NCBI GenBank assembly: GCA_000934665.2
Contig: JYFJ02001157.1
Coordinates: 62,001-89,291, forward strand
Length of the DNA stretch: 27,291 nt
Direction of reading: 5' to 3'
Origin: Catajapyx aquilonaris
Lineage: Eukaryota
In this document: one piece after another, positions 11,076-22,786 of the stretch
Layout of the letters: each line of letters starts with the position of its first letter
How positions within the stretch are numbered: position 1 is the stretch's first letter
Position numbers and translations under genes: made by a program
The notes under the pieces: model-generated
The model's database searches: none
Told to the model about the DNA's origin: nothing
The model's input: the letters and a program-made list of their open reading frames with translations, nothing else

Positions 11076-12729
11076 CTAGAGGCAATACGTTTGGTATTTC
11101 CCAAACATACAAGTGGCGAAAGATTCCCCGGCGGCGCAAGAGTCGGAAGCTTCTTGGGCCGAAACCATGCAAGAGTTGACAATTCTTCGGTCCATCATAG
11201 CATAGGGCTCCTGCATCGAATCAGGTGTGAAATGTCCATTTTCTTCTACCTGCAGGAAGAACATGTCATGCAAAATAATTTCTCATTGATTGCTCTACAC
11301 AAAATAGGTTTGTTTTAAATTGTCTTTGTTATTACCATGTGAAAATATTCCATCACGCAGTAATTGGTGCACTGAAATATAGAACAAGTTAGTCATCAAT
11401 TATAATAATTAAACAACAAACTACTATTGTGCACAAAAACTTGAATTTCATAACCACGCAACAGAAAGAGTTACTGTATAAGACTGCAGAATATTAAAAA
11501 AAACCTTTGAAGTAGTCCTATGACGATAAAGACACATTTGTCTGAAACATTCTTTGCCATAAGTTATATCAAAAGTATGTCTAGGTGCACGTTAACGATG
11601 CAAGTGTTTGAGATGTTTGTAAGTCGGATAAAATACAAGTGTACAGTTCAAAAGGCATGTACACCATACCTGGAAGCATTTCATCATACGGTTCATTTGA
11701 TCCGATGACTCGGCTGATATCTGAGGATTTCTGCAAGGTTCATTTCCAGGGCAAATCTGAAATATAAATATAAAATATATAACAGCGAGTACAATAACTG
11801 TAAATCTAGTACCTTATGTAGCTTATTACCTTTGGCCTAGATAAGTCGACACACTTCGCAAGTATGGCATATCCATTGCACATATCATCTGAAGTGACCG
11901 AATTTTTGGTTCGGGATATGCAAGTGTGAAGTACATGGCTGATAAGTGGTCTGGACTGGGGAAATTCCTCTCTTGGATAGAGCCAGTCCAATATTTTATC
12001 CACATTGGGATAGCCATCTTCTTCAAGCATACCTTTTTCTTCAAGGGCACATTGAACTCCGCACTTTAATTATTAAAAGTTTTTTGGTGAATCAGGAGAG
12101 ACTTGGAATACCATTCTTTAATAAAAACGAACAATGATTCCACTTACAATTTGGCATGTCTCTTGTGTACCCCTATGAAGTTGAACTACCTCGTTAAAGA
12201 TTTGGCAATCTATATCTGAGTAGTCATTGTCTTCATAGTCATCAGCCTGGAGGAGGATATACACATAGTTAACGATGATCTATTCTACGCCCCTACATAA
12301 TTATAGTCTAGTGCCAATGGTGGACTTCCTTTCATTCATACCTGGGTCGTCACATCTGAGTAATCGTTTTCTTCATAGTCATCGGCCTGGAGGAGGATAT
12401 ACACAGAGAACATATAGTTAATGATAATTATATTCTACGCCCCTACGTAATTGTAGCATAGCGCCAATTATAGTGGACTTCCTTTCATTCATACCTGAGG
12501 AGTCATATCTGAGTAGTTGTTGTCTTCATAGACAACAACTTCATAGTCTTCGTCTTCATAGCCTTCATAGTCATCATCCTGGAGCAGGATATACACAGAG
12601 ATCATTGGAGGTATGTTTAGCATATCTTAAATTACTGTATCATAAATCACACTAGCATTTGAAGAAACAAACCTGTCCATTGACAAGAAGCAAGACGTTG
12701 ACCAACAGCAGCAGCAGTGGTAGTTTCAT
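11076..12729 (-). CDS. Two-domain OBP-like secreted protein, copy C (intact, ~271 aa) with a long acidic Tyr-rich N-terminal extension; exons 12729-12673, 12578-12495, 12386-12342, 12246-12148, 12063-11830, 11756-11670, 11371-11336, 11249-11076
   Basis: Signal peptide MKLPLLLLLVNVLLLVNGQ, two duplicated phase-0 mini-exons, then the conserved 16-Cys two-domain core. No stops or frameshifts. Confidence 0.85.
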
Positions 12730-13353
12730 CTTCAGGATTAATCCGTTACCTAACGTTCGTGTATGCACTTAGAGGCACCAAGCCAAATTGATTTTGAAAG
12801 CAGCTGATATAATTGCACATCACTTTCCTGCGGAATATGTGCTTCCTGCCTCCGATAAAAAAGTTGCAAATGCCAATAGGATAATTCAGGTACTGTAATC
12901 TGACTATAAATAAAGAGGCTTTGAAAACAACTGATACAATTGCCCATCGCCCTCCACCACAATATATGTGCTTCCTGCCTTAGATAAACAAATGGTAAAA
13001 TGTCGATTTGGTTATAAAGGTGCTGCAAGTGTACCATCTTAATTCAAATTGAGTATGCGATGGGCTATTGTCTATTGCATAGATATTCATACAAGAAAAT
13101 AAGTTAACATTATTAAAATCCTCACTGCCTTATTTTAACAATAACTCAGACTCCACAGGTACTGCTTGTATATACAAGTTTGCCACCATCTTAAGATGGC
13201 ACCATCTAACATGCACATAATACAAGTATTATTATCAAGCTCATTGCAGAGTTTCAACTTGTTCAGGAGCATTGGTAAATAAAGTGTCAGTTAAATTCAG
13301 TCAGACCATACCATAATTTATTAGGTGGTGGCAATTTTAAATGTGTGATAAAT

Positions 13354-14416
13354 CTATATGGCACAATCTGATTCATATTTGGATATCATGCACTGCATCA
13401 TATTTTCGGCCACCACACACTTGTCATCAATGGTTTCAGTGTCACCAGTACATGACCTCATCATCCCTCGTATCATTCTTGGCAAATTTTGGCCAAATTT
13501 TCCTTCCTCGTCCATCTGCAAGGGTAAAAATAGATTATTCTCAATTGATAAAATTAACTGACATCCAAATGTGTAACAAAAGTATGATGTGCGACTAATA
13601 TTACCCAGCCTTGAAATTCCATGACACACTTCGATCCACACTGAAATTAATGCATTAATATTAAATGAGGTAGCCATTGTAGCCAACAATTCTGGTAGCA
13701 GAATATTGAGAAATTCTGTAAGTTACCTGATTGCACTGATTCATAATGTCCACATCATCTTGTGTTAATTGCATTGACGGATTCAAGCAAGGTTCATTTC
13801 CAGGGCACAGCTGAAATACAAGAATGTTACAAAAACACAATTATTGTCATGGTTTAGCTTGCTGCATAATGCAGTACCTAGTGCACTTAGAATTAAAGTT
13901 AAATATCAAAATAAAAATTGTAACCTTTGGTGAGGTAAGTTCTAAGCATGAGAGTAGATGAGCATATCCATCACACATGTCATCTGGGGATAATGTTTTC
14001 TTGACTCTTGAGATGCATGTGTTCGCAATTTGTTTCATTGTTGGTCTGCTTTCGGGGAATAGATCCTCTGGGTAGAGGAAGTCTATTACTTCATCTACTT
14101 TGGGAAACCCTTCTTCATCGACCCAGCCCTTCTCTCCCAGGACACATCGGAACAAGCACTGCAATGTACACAGCAACTACCTTTATTACCATGCTGGATA
14201 CAAAATGCCAAAAAAGCAGCGGTGCAGCTTACCGCCTGGCAAATGGGTTCGGTTTCTTGCGCCTTCATTAATATCTTCTCTAAAATTTCACATTTCATGC
14301 TGGACTGGAAATGCAATAGTCACATATACACAAATAATTTTAAAAATGCCTGTGATACTCACCTGAACACCCACAAAAAGTGAGGATGCAAGGAGAAGAA
14401 TCTTAAAAGCCGCCAT
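13354..14416 (-). CDS. Two-domain OBP-like secreted protein, copy D (intact, 213 aa, most divergent, no acidic tail); exons 14416-14363, 14304-14233, 14158-13925, 13810-13727, 13640-13605, 13515-13354
   Basis: Signal peptide MAAFKILLLASSLFVGVQS, the same 16-Cys pattern, the CPGNEPC inter-domain linker, and the identical 234-bp and 36-bp exons. Confidence 0.87.
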
Positions 14417-14472
14417 GTTTACAGTCGCACTGTCAATGCAAGTGTAACTAAAGACAGGTTGTAAGGTAGACC

Positions 14473-14480
14473 TTTATATA
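14473..14480 (-). promoter_or_regulatory. TATA box (TATATAAA) of OBP-like copy D
   Basis: Canonical TATA ~60 bp upstream of the ATG at 14416. Confidence 0.55.
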
Positions 14481-14819
14481 ACCTGTTTTTGCAGAATGCC
14501 CCATGACTTTATCTCCTTACATAGAGTGCACTTGATTATCACATTCACGCATCCAAAATGCCAGGGAAGGAGGATGTGCTGCTTCCTCCAGGTTGCGATA
14601 CAGACCGCAATGTTGTGATATCATTAGTAACAGGTACTACAAGGTTGTCTTTCATGACAGTATTTTATCTTCAGATTTCATTAGGTTTTTCTATGGTCTG
14701 CTAACATTTTAGCGGTGATATTGCTCAGGTAAAAGGATGAGAGAAGGTGTAACTCCTCACCGACGATTGCTCTACAGTCTACACAAAGCAGTTGTGATTT
14801 AAATTGTCATTGTTATTAC

Positions 14820-17440
14820 CATGTTCAGCCATTCCATCATGCAGTAATTGCCACATTGAAATGCAGGACAAGTCAGTTATCAACTGCAGTATAACCAAAC
14901 TATACTTTGCATTATTGTGGACATGGTCACTTGTTTTTTGATAGCCACACAAGAGCCAGAGTGACTGGAAAAGGCAACATATTTGTTTGGTTTGATGACC
15001 TAACTATGGTCTTTTAGAGTATTATTTTATGTACTGTACATGTATAAGGTAGTTACAATATTTTCCACATATACAGGCTGCGCAATGTGCACGTGAAATA
15101 CCCACAGAGAAGCATGTGACTTGGAAAAGCAGGTGAACAAACAAGCCTGAAAAATAATGCACCAGTCATTATTGTTATTCTGAGAAGAATAGCGTACATT
15201 GTTCCTCTGTTTATCTGTTGGTGACTACGTTCAATGGTGATGTGTCATGCAAGCCAACGAGGGGAAATCACTGTCCCTGACTGTATGACTGATTTACAGA
15301 TTTGGTTGGACTTACAAGGGGGGGACATGAAGTGGACTCTGTCAGATTTGCATGAAACGTGCACAGTAGGTGTATCACAGGCCTACAATTTCACTGGTAT
15401 GGGCCATTTTCTGCTACGGCCAGCCGTTGTCGATCTATGAGGGACAATAGATCCGCATGGGTGCGTTCAGGAGAGTAAGGTGAGGAGATGGGAAGCGTTA
15501 GGAAAGCTGGCTGTTCAGTTTCCAGGGGCACGCAGCTAGTAAACAACAAAGTAACCAACAGCGCAATTCTCTAAGGAGGGGTTCGAATCACGTTAGAATC
15601 ATCTTCAGTTGTTGTTCCCTTGGCAAGCTGCTTTGCAAGTGAGGCCTGCTTTAACCCTTTAGGTGGCCGAAACACCTTTAACTACTTCGGTGGGGCCTGA
15701 GCGGCCCCAACGGTATATTTGACTCTCTGCTTATCAGCGAAATTGTTATCGTGGACTTTTCACATACCGAAAGTTCAATTCAGATCATTCAGCTTCCGAA
15801 AACGTAAAAATCACACACTGAGTCAGCATATTCCGACAGAAAAATGGGTATTGTTTATGACTTATTAACAGTCACGGGTGGGCTGACTCTTGTCAGTTAT
15901 TTTGAGAGTCACGTGTTCACCTGCCCAATATCGCCTAGCTTGTGGCCTAGCTGGTGAGCGATATCTTTTGAAATTTTCTCCACAAGAGTGTTGATGTATT
16001 GGCTAAAGAGTATTCCTAATTTCAAAGGGTGAGGGCGTGAAAGCGTATGCTGGTTTTGGTTGGCTTCTCTCGAATTCGAGAAGGTTTCGTGTGGTTTTCT
16101 GGGTGATGGTTTCGGAAGATGTCTGCACGAAAGTGTACACCAGTTTCTTGAAGCAGCTACCCCCTCTGTTTTGTTCCTGATTTGCATCGAAAGTTGTCGT
16201 TATTATTGTTTCACATCAATAAGATGCGTGCAACATGGGTCACATAAATGAAGTGAACCATGCATTGGCATTATGGGTACAGGGTAAGGGTAATGTGAGA
16301 CGGAAAAAAAGCAAACATAAAAAATAATTGGTCCTGAAGATGATTAGAACCCCTGCTTAGAAAATTGCGCTGTTGGTTACCTTGTTGTTTACTAGCTGCG
16401 TGTCCCTGGAAACTGAACAGCCAGCTTTCCTAACGCTTCCCGTCCCCTCACCTTACTCTCCTGAACGCACCCATGCGGATCTATTGTCCCTCATAGATCG
16501 ACAATGGCTGGCCGTAGCAGAAAATGGCCCATACCAGTGAAATTGTAGGCCTGTGATACACCTACTGTGCACGTTTCATGCAAATCTGACGGAGTCCACT
16601 TCATGTCCCCCCCTTGTTAGTCGGATTTAGGGAGGAATGATGACCGTCTCGCATTACAAATTGAGTAATACACAACTTGCATGTTGTATGAAGGAAGATC
16701 TGAATAAACAGCTGGACAAACATTGTAAGTGTTTAAGCAGGATAAAATACAATGCAAATGTCATACACAACACCTGGAAGCATTTCATAAGGTCCATTAT
16801 ATCCTAATCCGACACCAGAGGATATCTGCAAGATTCATTTCCAGGTCAAAGCTGCAATGAAACACATATGTATGAGAAAAAATACGACATAGTGAAATGT
16901 CAAAGAATATCTGCAGACTCAATGACATCTACCTGCCCATTTGTATCTAGTGATATTACTGTACGAGAAGGAAATTTTGTGTCATTCTTGCAAACTAACT
17001 GTAAATCTCGAATATTCCTTACCTTTGGCAGAGAATTGCGGACACAATTTGCAATAGGAGCATATCCATTGCCAAATCATCTGGAGTGAGCAAACCTTTG
17101 GTTCAGGATATGCAAGTATGAAGTATGTGACTCATAAATAGTCTGGACTTGGGAAACTCCTCTTCTTCGTAGAGCCAGTTCAATAGTTTATCCACACTGG
17201 GATAGCCATCTTCCTCAAGCATACCTTTTTCTTCAAGGGCACATTGAAATGCACACTTCAATAACATAATTTGGGTGAATCAGGAGACATGGAGACAGGA
17301 GACTATGAATATGAACAATTTGTTATTACACTTACTAGTGGTCATAACTCTTGTCCTTCCAGATAGTATTCAATTGCTGTGTTAAATAGTTCACATTGCA
17401 CTTCTAAGAAGTCATATTCTAAGTATTCATAGTCATCATC
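14820..17440 (-). pseudogene. Two-domain OBP-like copy E, decayed pseudogene; exon remnants 17440-17336, 17255-17023, 16851-16774, 14855-14820
   Basis: At least four premature stops: TGA at two conserved Cys codons, CGA>TGA, and a TAG. There is also a 1-bp deletion (233-bp exon), an AG>AA acceptor at 14856-14857, and a transposon in the intron. The first and last exons were not found. Confidence 0.9.
15315..16616. mobile_element. Non-autonomous DNA transposon, 1.3 kb, with ~290-bp terminal inverted repeats and a putative TTA target-site duplication
   Basis: 15315-~15608 is the near-perfect reverse complement of ~16334-16616 (CAAGGGGGGGACATG...CATGTCCCCCCCTTG). TTA flanks both ends. No transposase ORF. 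Confidence 0.9.
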
Positions 17441-18327
17441 CTGGGGGAGGTTAAGCAAGGAGGACATAGTTACCACTAAGGTAAGTATCCTCTTCCGATG
17501 TGACCAATACAAATTAGTGGACAATCAAGAATGAATTAGGTTTTAATCATACAGCTTATATGCTAATTAGGGATCATGTGGAAGAGTGATGTTGTGGGAA
17601 AGACATCCAGGCATTTGTCAGTGGACCAAGAAGAATAGGAGAATATTTACGTAGTAATGTGTGCAGCAATGAAGTTCACCCAGAGCACTACATGTGCCAC
17701 AAAGTTTCCCAACTGTCACATAGAGTGATGTACTGTAGCCATGTCATGTTCAAAAAAGTGTAGGCCTCTTTTCCAGCACCAATGTGCCATAATGCATTTA
17801 ACTCTGTCTGTTTGTCACAATATTAGAATGTGGTAAGCCCATTACTCCAGAGGTACAGTACACGGGGTGATATGGAAGAGCTCTGAAGAAGGAGAGTCTA
17901 CGTATGCGATTGCACAAGAAGTACATGTGCCATGCTCCACAGGGACATGTACAAAGATACAAAACTACAGGAACGACCACGAAAAAAAACTTCATCATGA
18001 ATGTCAATGAGTAACATCAGCAAGGGAGGACCAAGAGCTGAGAAAAATATGCAAGCAAAGTCGACAAGAGGCAACAGCGACCATCAATAAAAAATGGTTG
18101 GTGGTGACCCAAACGGTGGTCTCTACAACAACCTGCCAGTTCTAGGCAAAATTTGTGGCACGTGAAGCCCTCTGGGAAAACTCCATTACCATGCGGGGAA
18201 CTACATAAATATTGGTCTGCCGATGAGTTGTTATTTTGCCCCAACATTGCCCTTCCATATGCCTCATTAGAATATAATTATGTTGTGTGATGTGATTAAT
18301 ACAGGATTCATTCTTGACTAATTCATA

Positions 18328-18811
18328 CAGTTGACTCCGGATATAACAGCCTCGGCTATAAGAGACACGAAAGGCAGGTCCTGCCATACTTCCATAAGGC
18401 CGTGTATTTTTTACTCTGGATATAGCAGACTCCTTTTTCATCTTGGCTATAGCAGACAATTTCTAATCCCCATGGTGGGAAAACATGCTGTTTTAACTAC
18501 CCAGCATCAGCTTGCCGGGACCAGCCTTTTAAGGCCCGAATCTTCGACGTCTTGCACAAACCTGCGGGAGGGATCATAATCTTCTAGAGAAACTTTCCAA
18601 TGATGTTAATCCCTGACAGGGAAAGAACCCCGGCAGTAGTTAATTTTGTTACTCTAAAATGTGATGATATTTACTCTCGATGGCAGAACCCTGTTAACTC
18701 CCCTCTGTTAGCGCCTCCCACAGGTTTGCGCGAGACGTCGAAGATACGGGCCTAAGCTGGCTGTAACCAAGAATCTGTTACACCCAAGGTTGCTGTATCC
18801 TGGGTGAACTG
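18328..18811. mobile_element. Old pogo/Tc1-mariner-type MITE hosting a nested element
   Basis: TA|CAGTTGACTCCGGATATAAC... at the left end and a degenerate inverted copy ...GCTGTATCCTGGGTGAACTG at the right. Internal GG(A/C)TATAGCAGAC sub-repeats. The right flank is CA rather than TA. Confidence 0.6.
18533..18752. mobile_element. PIF/Harbinger (Tourist-like) MITE, 220 bp
   Basis: 39-bp TIRs (GGCCCGAATCTTCGACGTC..., 4 mismatches) flanked by a TAA duplication at 18530-18532 and 18753-18755. Confidence 0.88.
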
Positions 18812-18921
18812 CAGTTGTCTATCCATGAAATGTCATGCATTTGGAATGCAAAATAGGTTCAGCTTGATTTACTATTAATAATATTTTATTTACAAAAACC
18901 GACACTGAACTGGAATGGGTT

Positions 18922-20549
18922 TTAAAGTGCCTGTGGCACTGGCGCAAGAGGGGCCAGACTCCGTGGTTGAACCACTCTGACAGTCTGGTCCCAGGCGCAG
19001 TCGGCCAGCACTCCCTCTCGATGCAGGTTTAGATCCAGTCCATACACAAACTCCGAGTGGTGTTGCATCTCCTCCAAGGCATACACAGGGGCCTGAAGGT
19101 CCCAGGTGCGTGTAGTAAAGTCATAAGAAACCGAGATCAAACAGGATGCACGGTGAGGAGAGAACTTGATGCGCCGAACAGCATATTGGTGACCCTGATG
19201 AAAACAATCTTTTAAGCATCATCGGTATAGCTTTGTCATCTGGATGCAGCGATTCCTTTTGCATGTGAAGTGCCTGCAAAAGTAATAATGTTCAAGCAAC
19301 TTACGCTCAAAACATGGGCAGGCTTTTGTAGCTTGCGCAAGTCCCACACAAGTGCAAGTCCATTAGTACATCCTGTCACTATGTGATGCTGCTCATATTT
19401 GGACCAATCACAGCACAGAACTTCTGAGTCATGCACTGCGACACTAATTGGGGGTGCGGCAGGTGGGGACTGGGTGCTCCACAACCGCAATGTAGTATCA
19501 CCTGAAGAAGGCCGATTAGGATCATTAATGAAGAAAGGCACTGGTTAATTTCATGGTGAAACGTTGAATATGACACCGTATCATTACTACCAAATGCTAG
19601 TAACTTTTTTCAAATTAAATTAACCCTACTACGTTAGGAAAGTTCCAGACACCTGAGACAGATCCAAATATGTTGGCCATGTGTGGAGACCAAGTCGCAG
19701 AGTAGACAAGCTGCTGGTGACCTACAAACTTCGACACGCACAACTCCTTTGCTGGGTCCCACTGCAGGGAAAGATTAAAATTAGTACAAATTGAATAAGA
19801 ATTCAATACATAAGACAACAACAACAACAACATCACGACATTTCCCTAGGAGGGGTAGTCAGCGATGAAGGGAGACGCAAGCTAACCCAACATATGAACT
19901 AATAAAACTCATGAGAATAAACCTAAAAACAACCTGTCCCACCCCCCACCCCTGCCCACCTCAGACATCAAAAAAAAAAAAAAAAAATGTCTGAGAATAC
20001 ATAAGACACCTGCAAAAATAACTTACAAGTCGAACTGTAGTATCCCACGATGCTGAGAGGACCATAGGTTGAGTCCTGGTTTGCGACCAATCGACTCCAT
20101 ACACTTCTTTCGTGTGACCTCGCAGGCATTTCGGTTTAGGCTGCACAGAGAAGGTCATGTTTACAGATACGAATTGCGGATACAAACTACAGCAACTCAC
20201 AGTTCCAATCTTCCAGAGCTGGACAGTGCCATCCCCCCCTCCTGCGACAAGAACCTCAGGATCATTCTCACTCCAGGTAACATCAAACAAACCGTCGGGG
20301 TACTCCATACGGGCGGCAAGGACCATCTGTCCCGACCCATCGTTGGGGACGTCCAGAACCAATAATTCTCCAGGACCTACAAATCAATGCTGATCCATCA
20401 CCGGATCCATTTGCATTATCCTAAAATCATTTACCTTCAAGCCCATATCTTTGGCAAGCCGCACAGACCAGTCTGTCCGGTAGATAAGGCGACCACTTGA
20501 CCGCGTACCCGTACGTCTCAGGTGTAGAAAAGGTAGCAACAACATCCAT
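18922..20549 (-). CDS. PEX7: Peroxisomal targeting signal 2 receptor (peroxin-7, WD40); exons 20549-20435, 20376-20201, 20140-20027, 19761-19653, 19501-19305, 19194-18922
   Basis: Diagnostic PEX7 motifs GYAVKWSPY, YGLEGPGEL, DGLFDVTWSE, GHTKEVYGVDW, HDSEVLCCDWSKY, GHQYAVRRIKFSPH, SVSYDFTTR, HHSEFVYGLD and ADCAWD. Splice phases are consistent. Confidence 0.96.
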
Positions 20550-20742
20550 CCTTTCTACGTTTCAAATATTTAGGTACAGCTTCAATTTTCGAAGGAAATC
20601 AAGCTGTTGAGCCCACGAGAACCTTCGGCAAACGGCTTTTTATCAAATGCCGGCAGCCATGTTGGATGTGGCCCAAGGTGGCCAGGTCAAGCTCATGATG
20701 CAAGAGTTACCAGATGAAGGGCGGAAACTTTGAACAGGACAC

Positions 20743-20809
<67 letters not shown>
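20743..20809. repeat. (TAA)22 microsatellite
   Basis: Directly visible in the sequence. Confidence 0.98.
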
Positions 20810-20811
<2 letters not shown>

Positions 20812-21029
20812 TAATATTTAAGTGACAATGAATTACTTCATCATGGCTTATAAGTTTACATCGACGTTTATTATGTAACAATCAGTGGTGGATTGTTCAG
20901 CAGCAGTTTCTACCAGGCAGTTTTATTTTGTGGTTATCGGAAACATGGATTGTTTACATGAGGAAGTTGCAGGATACTGACAGTGTTGCGCAGGTCTGGC
21001 TGCTTATAATTTCTGGTCATGGATCTTCT

Positions 21030-22183
21030 TTAGGAGAAACATTTCTGTTGATTAAATGAAACAAGATTTAACAAGTAATAACGTTTTGAAAAATGTCAAA
21101 TAACTGTTATTAATGGCTCATTATACACGTACCTCAAATATGATATCCACTGCGCAGCTCATTACGCTGTTTACCTTTCCGCAATCGCTCCTTTGTTCTG
21201 TCTCTTTTCTCGCTGTAAAATCATAACACATGTGTGTAAAATGGCTGTCGAAATCCATTGATTTTTTTTGAAAGCGTGTGAAATAAAAATGAAGCTTTAT
21301 CTAGGCTCTAGGGGATACAGAATGGGCATGGTGAGACTAATAAAACACACCTTCTTCAAGACATTTCTTAACAGTGTTTGTCATCAAGTCCATTGCTGCT
21401 TTGTGATCTCCGTCAAATGGATACTTCGACATGGCTACGTCCACATCAGGATATCCATCACTTGTCATCTACAAAAAAAAGACAACCACGATACCGAAAT
21501 GTTATTATAAGCAGCACTTCGCATTTACGTAATATTTAATCAATAAAATTTATCATAACGATTTCAAACTTGAAGCTCTTAAGCTGCATACGTCCCACAA
21601 CAATACAATCATGAACACTGAACTTAGCAATAATTGTACGTGTGCATTGTGAAGTCTGCAATTGTACAACTCTTCTATAAACTATTGAAGGACTTACCGC
21701 GCCAATCTTTTCGAAGTAGCACTTCATTTTGCACTTCGTTGTTCATGAAAAAGAAACACAATTACAAACAATTTCGAGGAAAATATCTGGATGTTACAAA
21801 TGAGATAATAAGAATACTGGATATTTCGTTATAATTATTGTATTTTACCCACCTTCATTCCTGCATCTGAACATTCTTCCATGACTTTCATAACTTCGGG
21901 TGGATGCTGCATTGGAATGTCACATTCCGCTCCCTGCCAGTCATGAAAACATCATTGAAACCATCTTGCAATATCGCATGACTTAACACTTTCTGTTCAC
22001 TTTAATATTTAAATAGTTGGAAGAGATATTACCTTGTATTGCATAATTGCATTAGACGTGTTTAACACTTGAAAACTTGATTGGCCACAATTTAGATTTT
22101 TTTTTTTTAATTAGAAAATCTACACTCACCTTATCATCCGCTGAAACTACAGCAATAAGAACAACAGCAATTAACAATTTCAT
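21030..22183 (-). CDS. Single-domain 8-Cys OBP-like secreted protein (127 aa); exons 22183-22130, 21933-21853, 21733-21698, 21468-21351, 21212-21133, 21044-21030
   Basis: Spliced product MKLLIAVVLIAVVSADDK|GAECDIPMQHPPEVMKVMEECSDAGMK|CKMKCYFEKIGA|MTSDGYPDVDVAMSKYPFDGDHKAAMDLMTNTVKKCLEEA|RKETEQRSDCGKVNSVMSCAVDIIFE|KCFS*. The 36/118/80/15-bp exon sizes are identical to those of the paralogue at 24.5-25.4 kb. Confidence 0.88.
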
Positions 22184-22253
22184 GGTGGGACTGTGTACGC
22201 TATACATATTCCACAGATGTCTGGAGAATAACATTTCCTGTGTATCCTCCATG

Positions 22254-22261
22254 TATTTATA
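22254..22261 (-). promoter_or_regulatory. TATA box (TATAAATA) of the single-domain OBP-like gene
   Basis: Canonical TATA ~70 bp upstream of the ATG at 22183. Confidence 0.55.
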
Positions 22262-22786
22262 CACTCCCTCACCCACAAAATAACGAGCATGTCCATCTCA
22301 TTAGAATACTGATCTGATAACCTTGCGGAACACAATTACAATGCTGAAAACACGCCACGATGAAAAGATTCCAAGTTGATATCAAGTGCTTTGTGCACTT
22401 TTTCCTAGATTGAATCATATGCATGTGGCCATCAGTAGCATAAAATAACCAGCAACTTGCATCATTCCGAGAATAATTGATGGTATGTGTGTACCGTACC
22501 AAGACTGCACAGTTCACCTGCAAAAAATGGTAGGCCATACCTTACAGCAAGTTGCACCTGATTCTGATGTTGTAATGTACCACCATCAATCAGGTGATGT
22601 TCAAAATGACAGACCAAAATCCAGATAAAAAAAACAAATTTTAAAAACAATTAATTTGACAAGCAAATGTATATCGAAACAGAAGCTGCAGTGATCAGGA
22701 ATCCTTCCAAATTATCCAGTGTGTTCACCCCCCGACGATTTTCGCAAATTTTCCGCAGCTGATTTTTTGTCTCATCTTCTCTTAGT

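Noticed and set aside
12240..12600. ~140-bp periodic repeats as a CRISPR or other non-coding array
   Set aside because: They are explained as duplicated intron plus mini-exon units with splice signals and open frames, in a eukaryotic context.
15651..16293. Complete nested piggyBac element
   Set aside because: TTAACCCTTT is present, but no convincing matching right TIR with TTAA and no transposase were found.
17342..17344. TGA at conserved Cys codons in copy E (also at ~16846-16848), suggesting selenocysteine recoding
   Set aside because: The same copy has a TAG, a CGA>TGA, a frameshift, a dead acceptor and missing exons. TGC>TGA is a single substitution, so this is a plain pseudogene.
17798..18007. 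MMKFFFVVVPVVLYL ORF as the missing signal exon of copy E or a small secreted peptide
   Set aside because: It has no similarity to the paralogous exon 1 or promoter module, and the hydrophobicity comes from an A-rich opposite strand.
20693..20881. Poly-Ile ORF
   Set aside because: It is a translation of the (TAA)n microsatellite.
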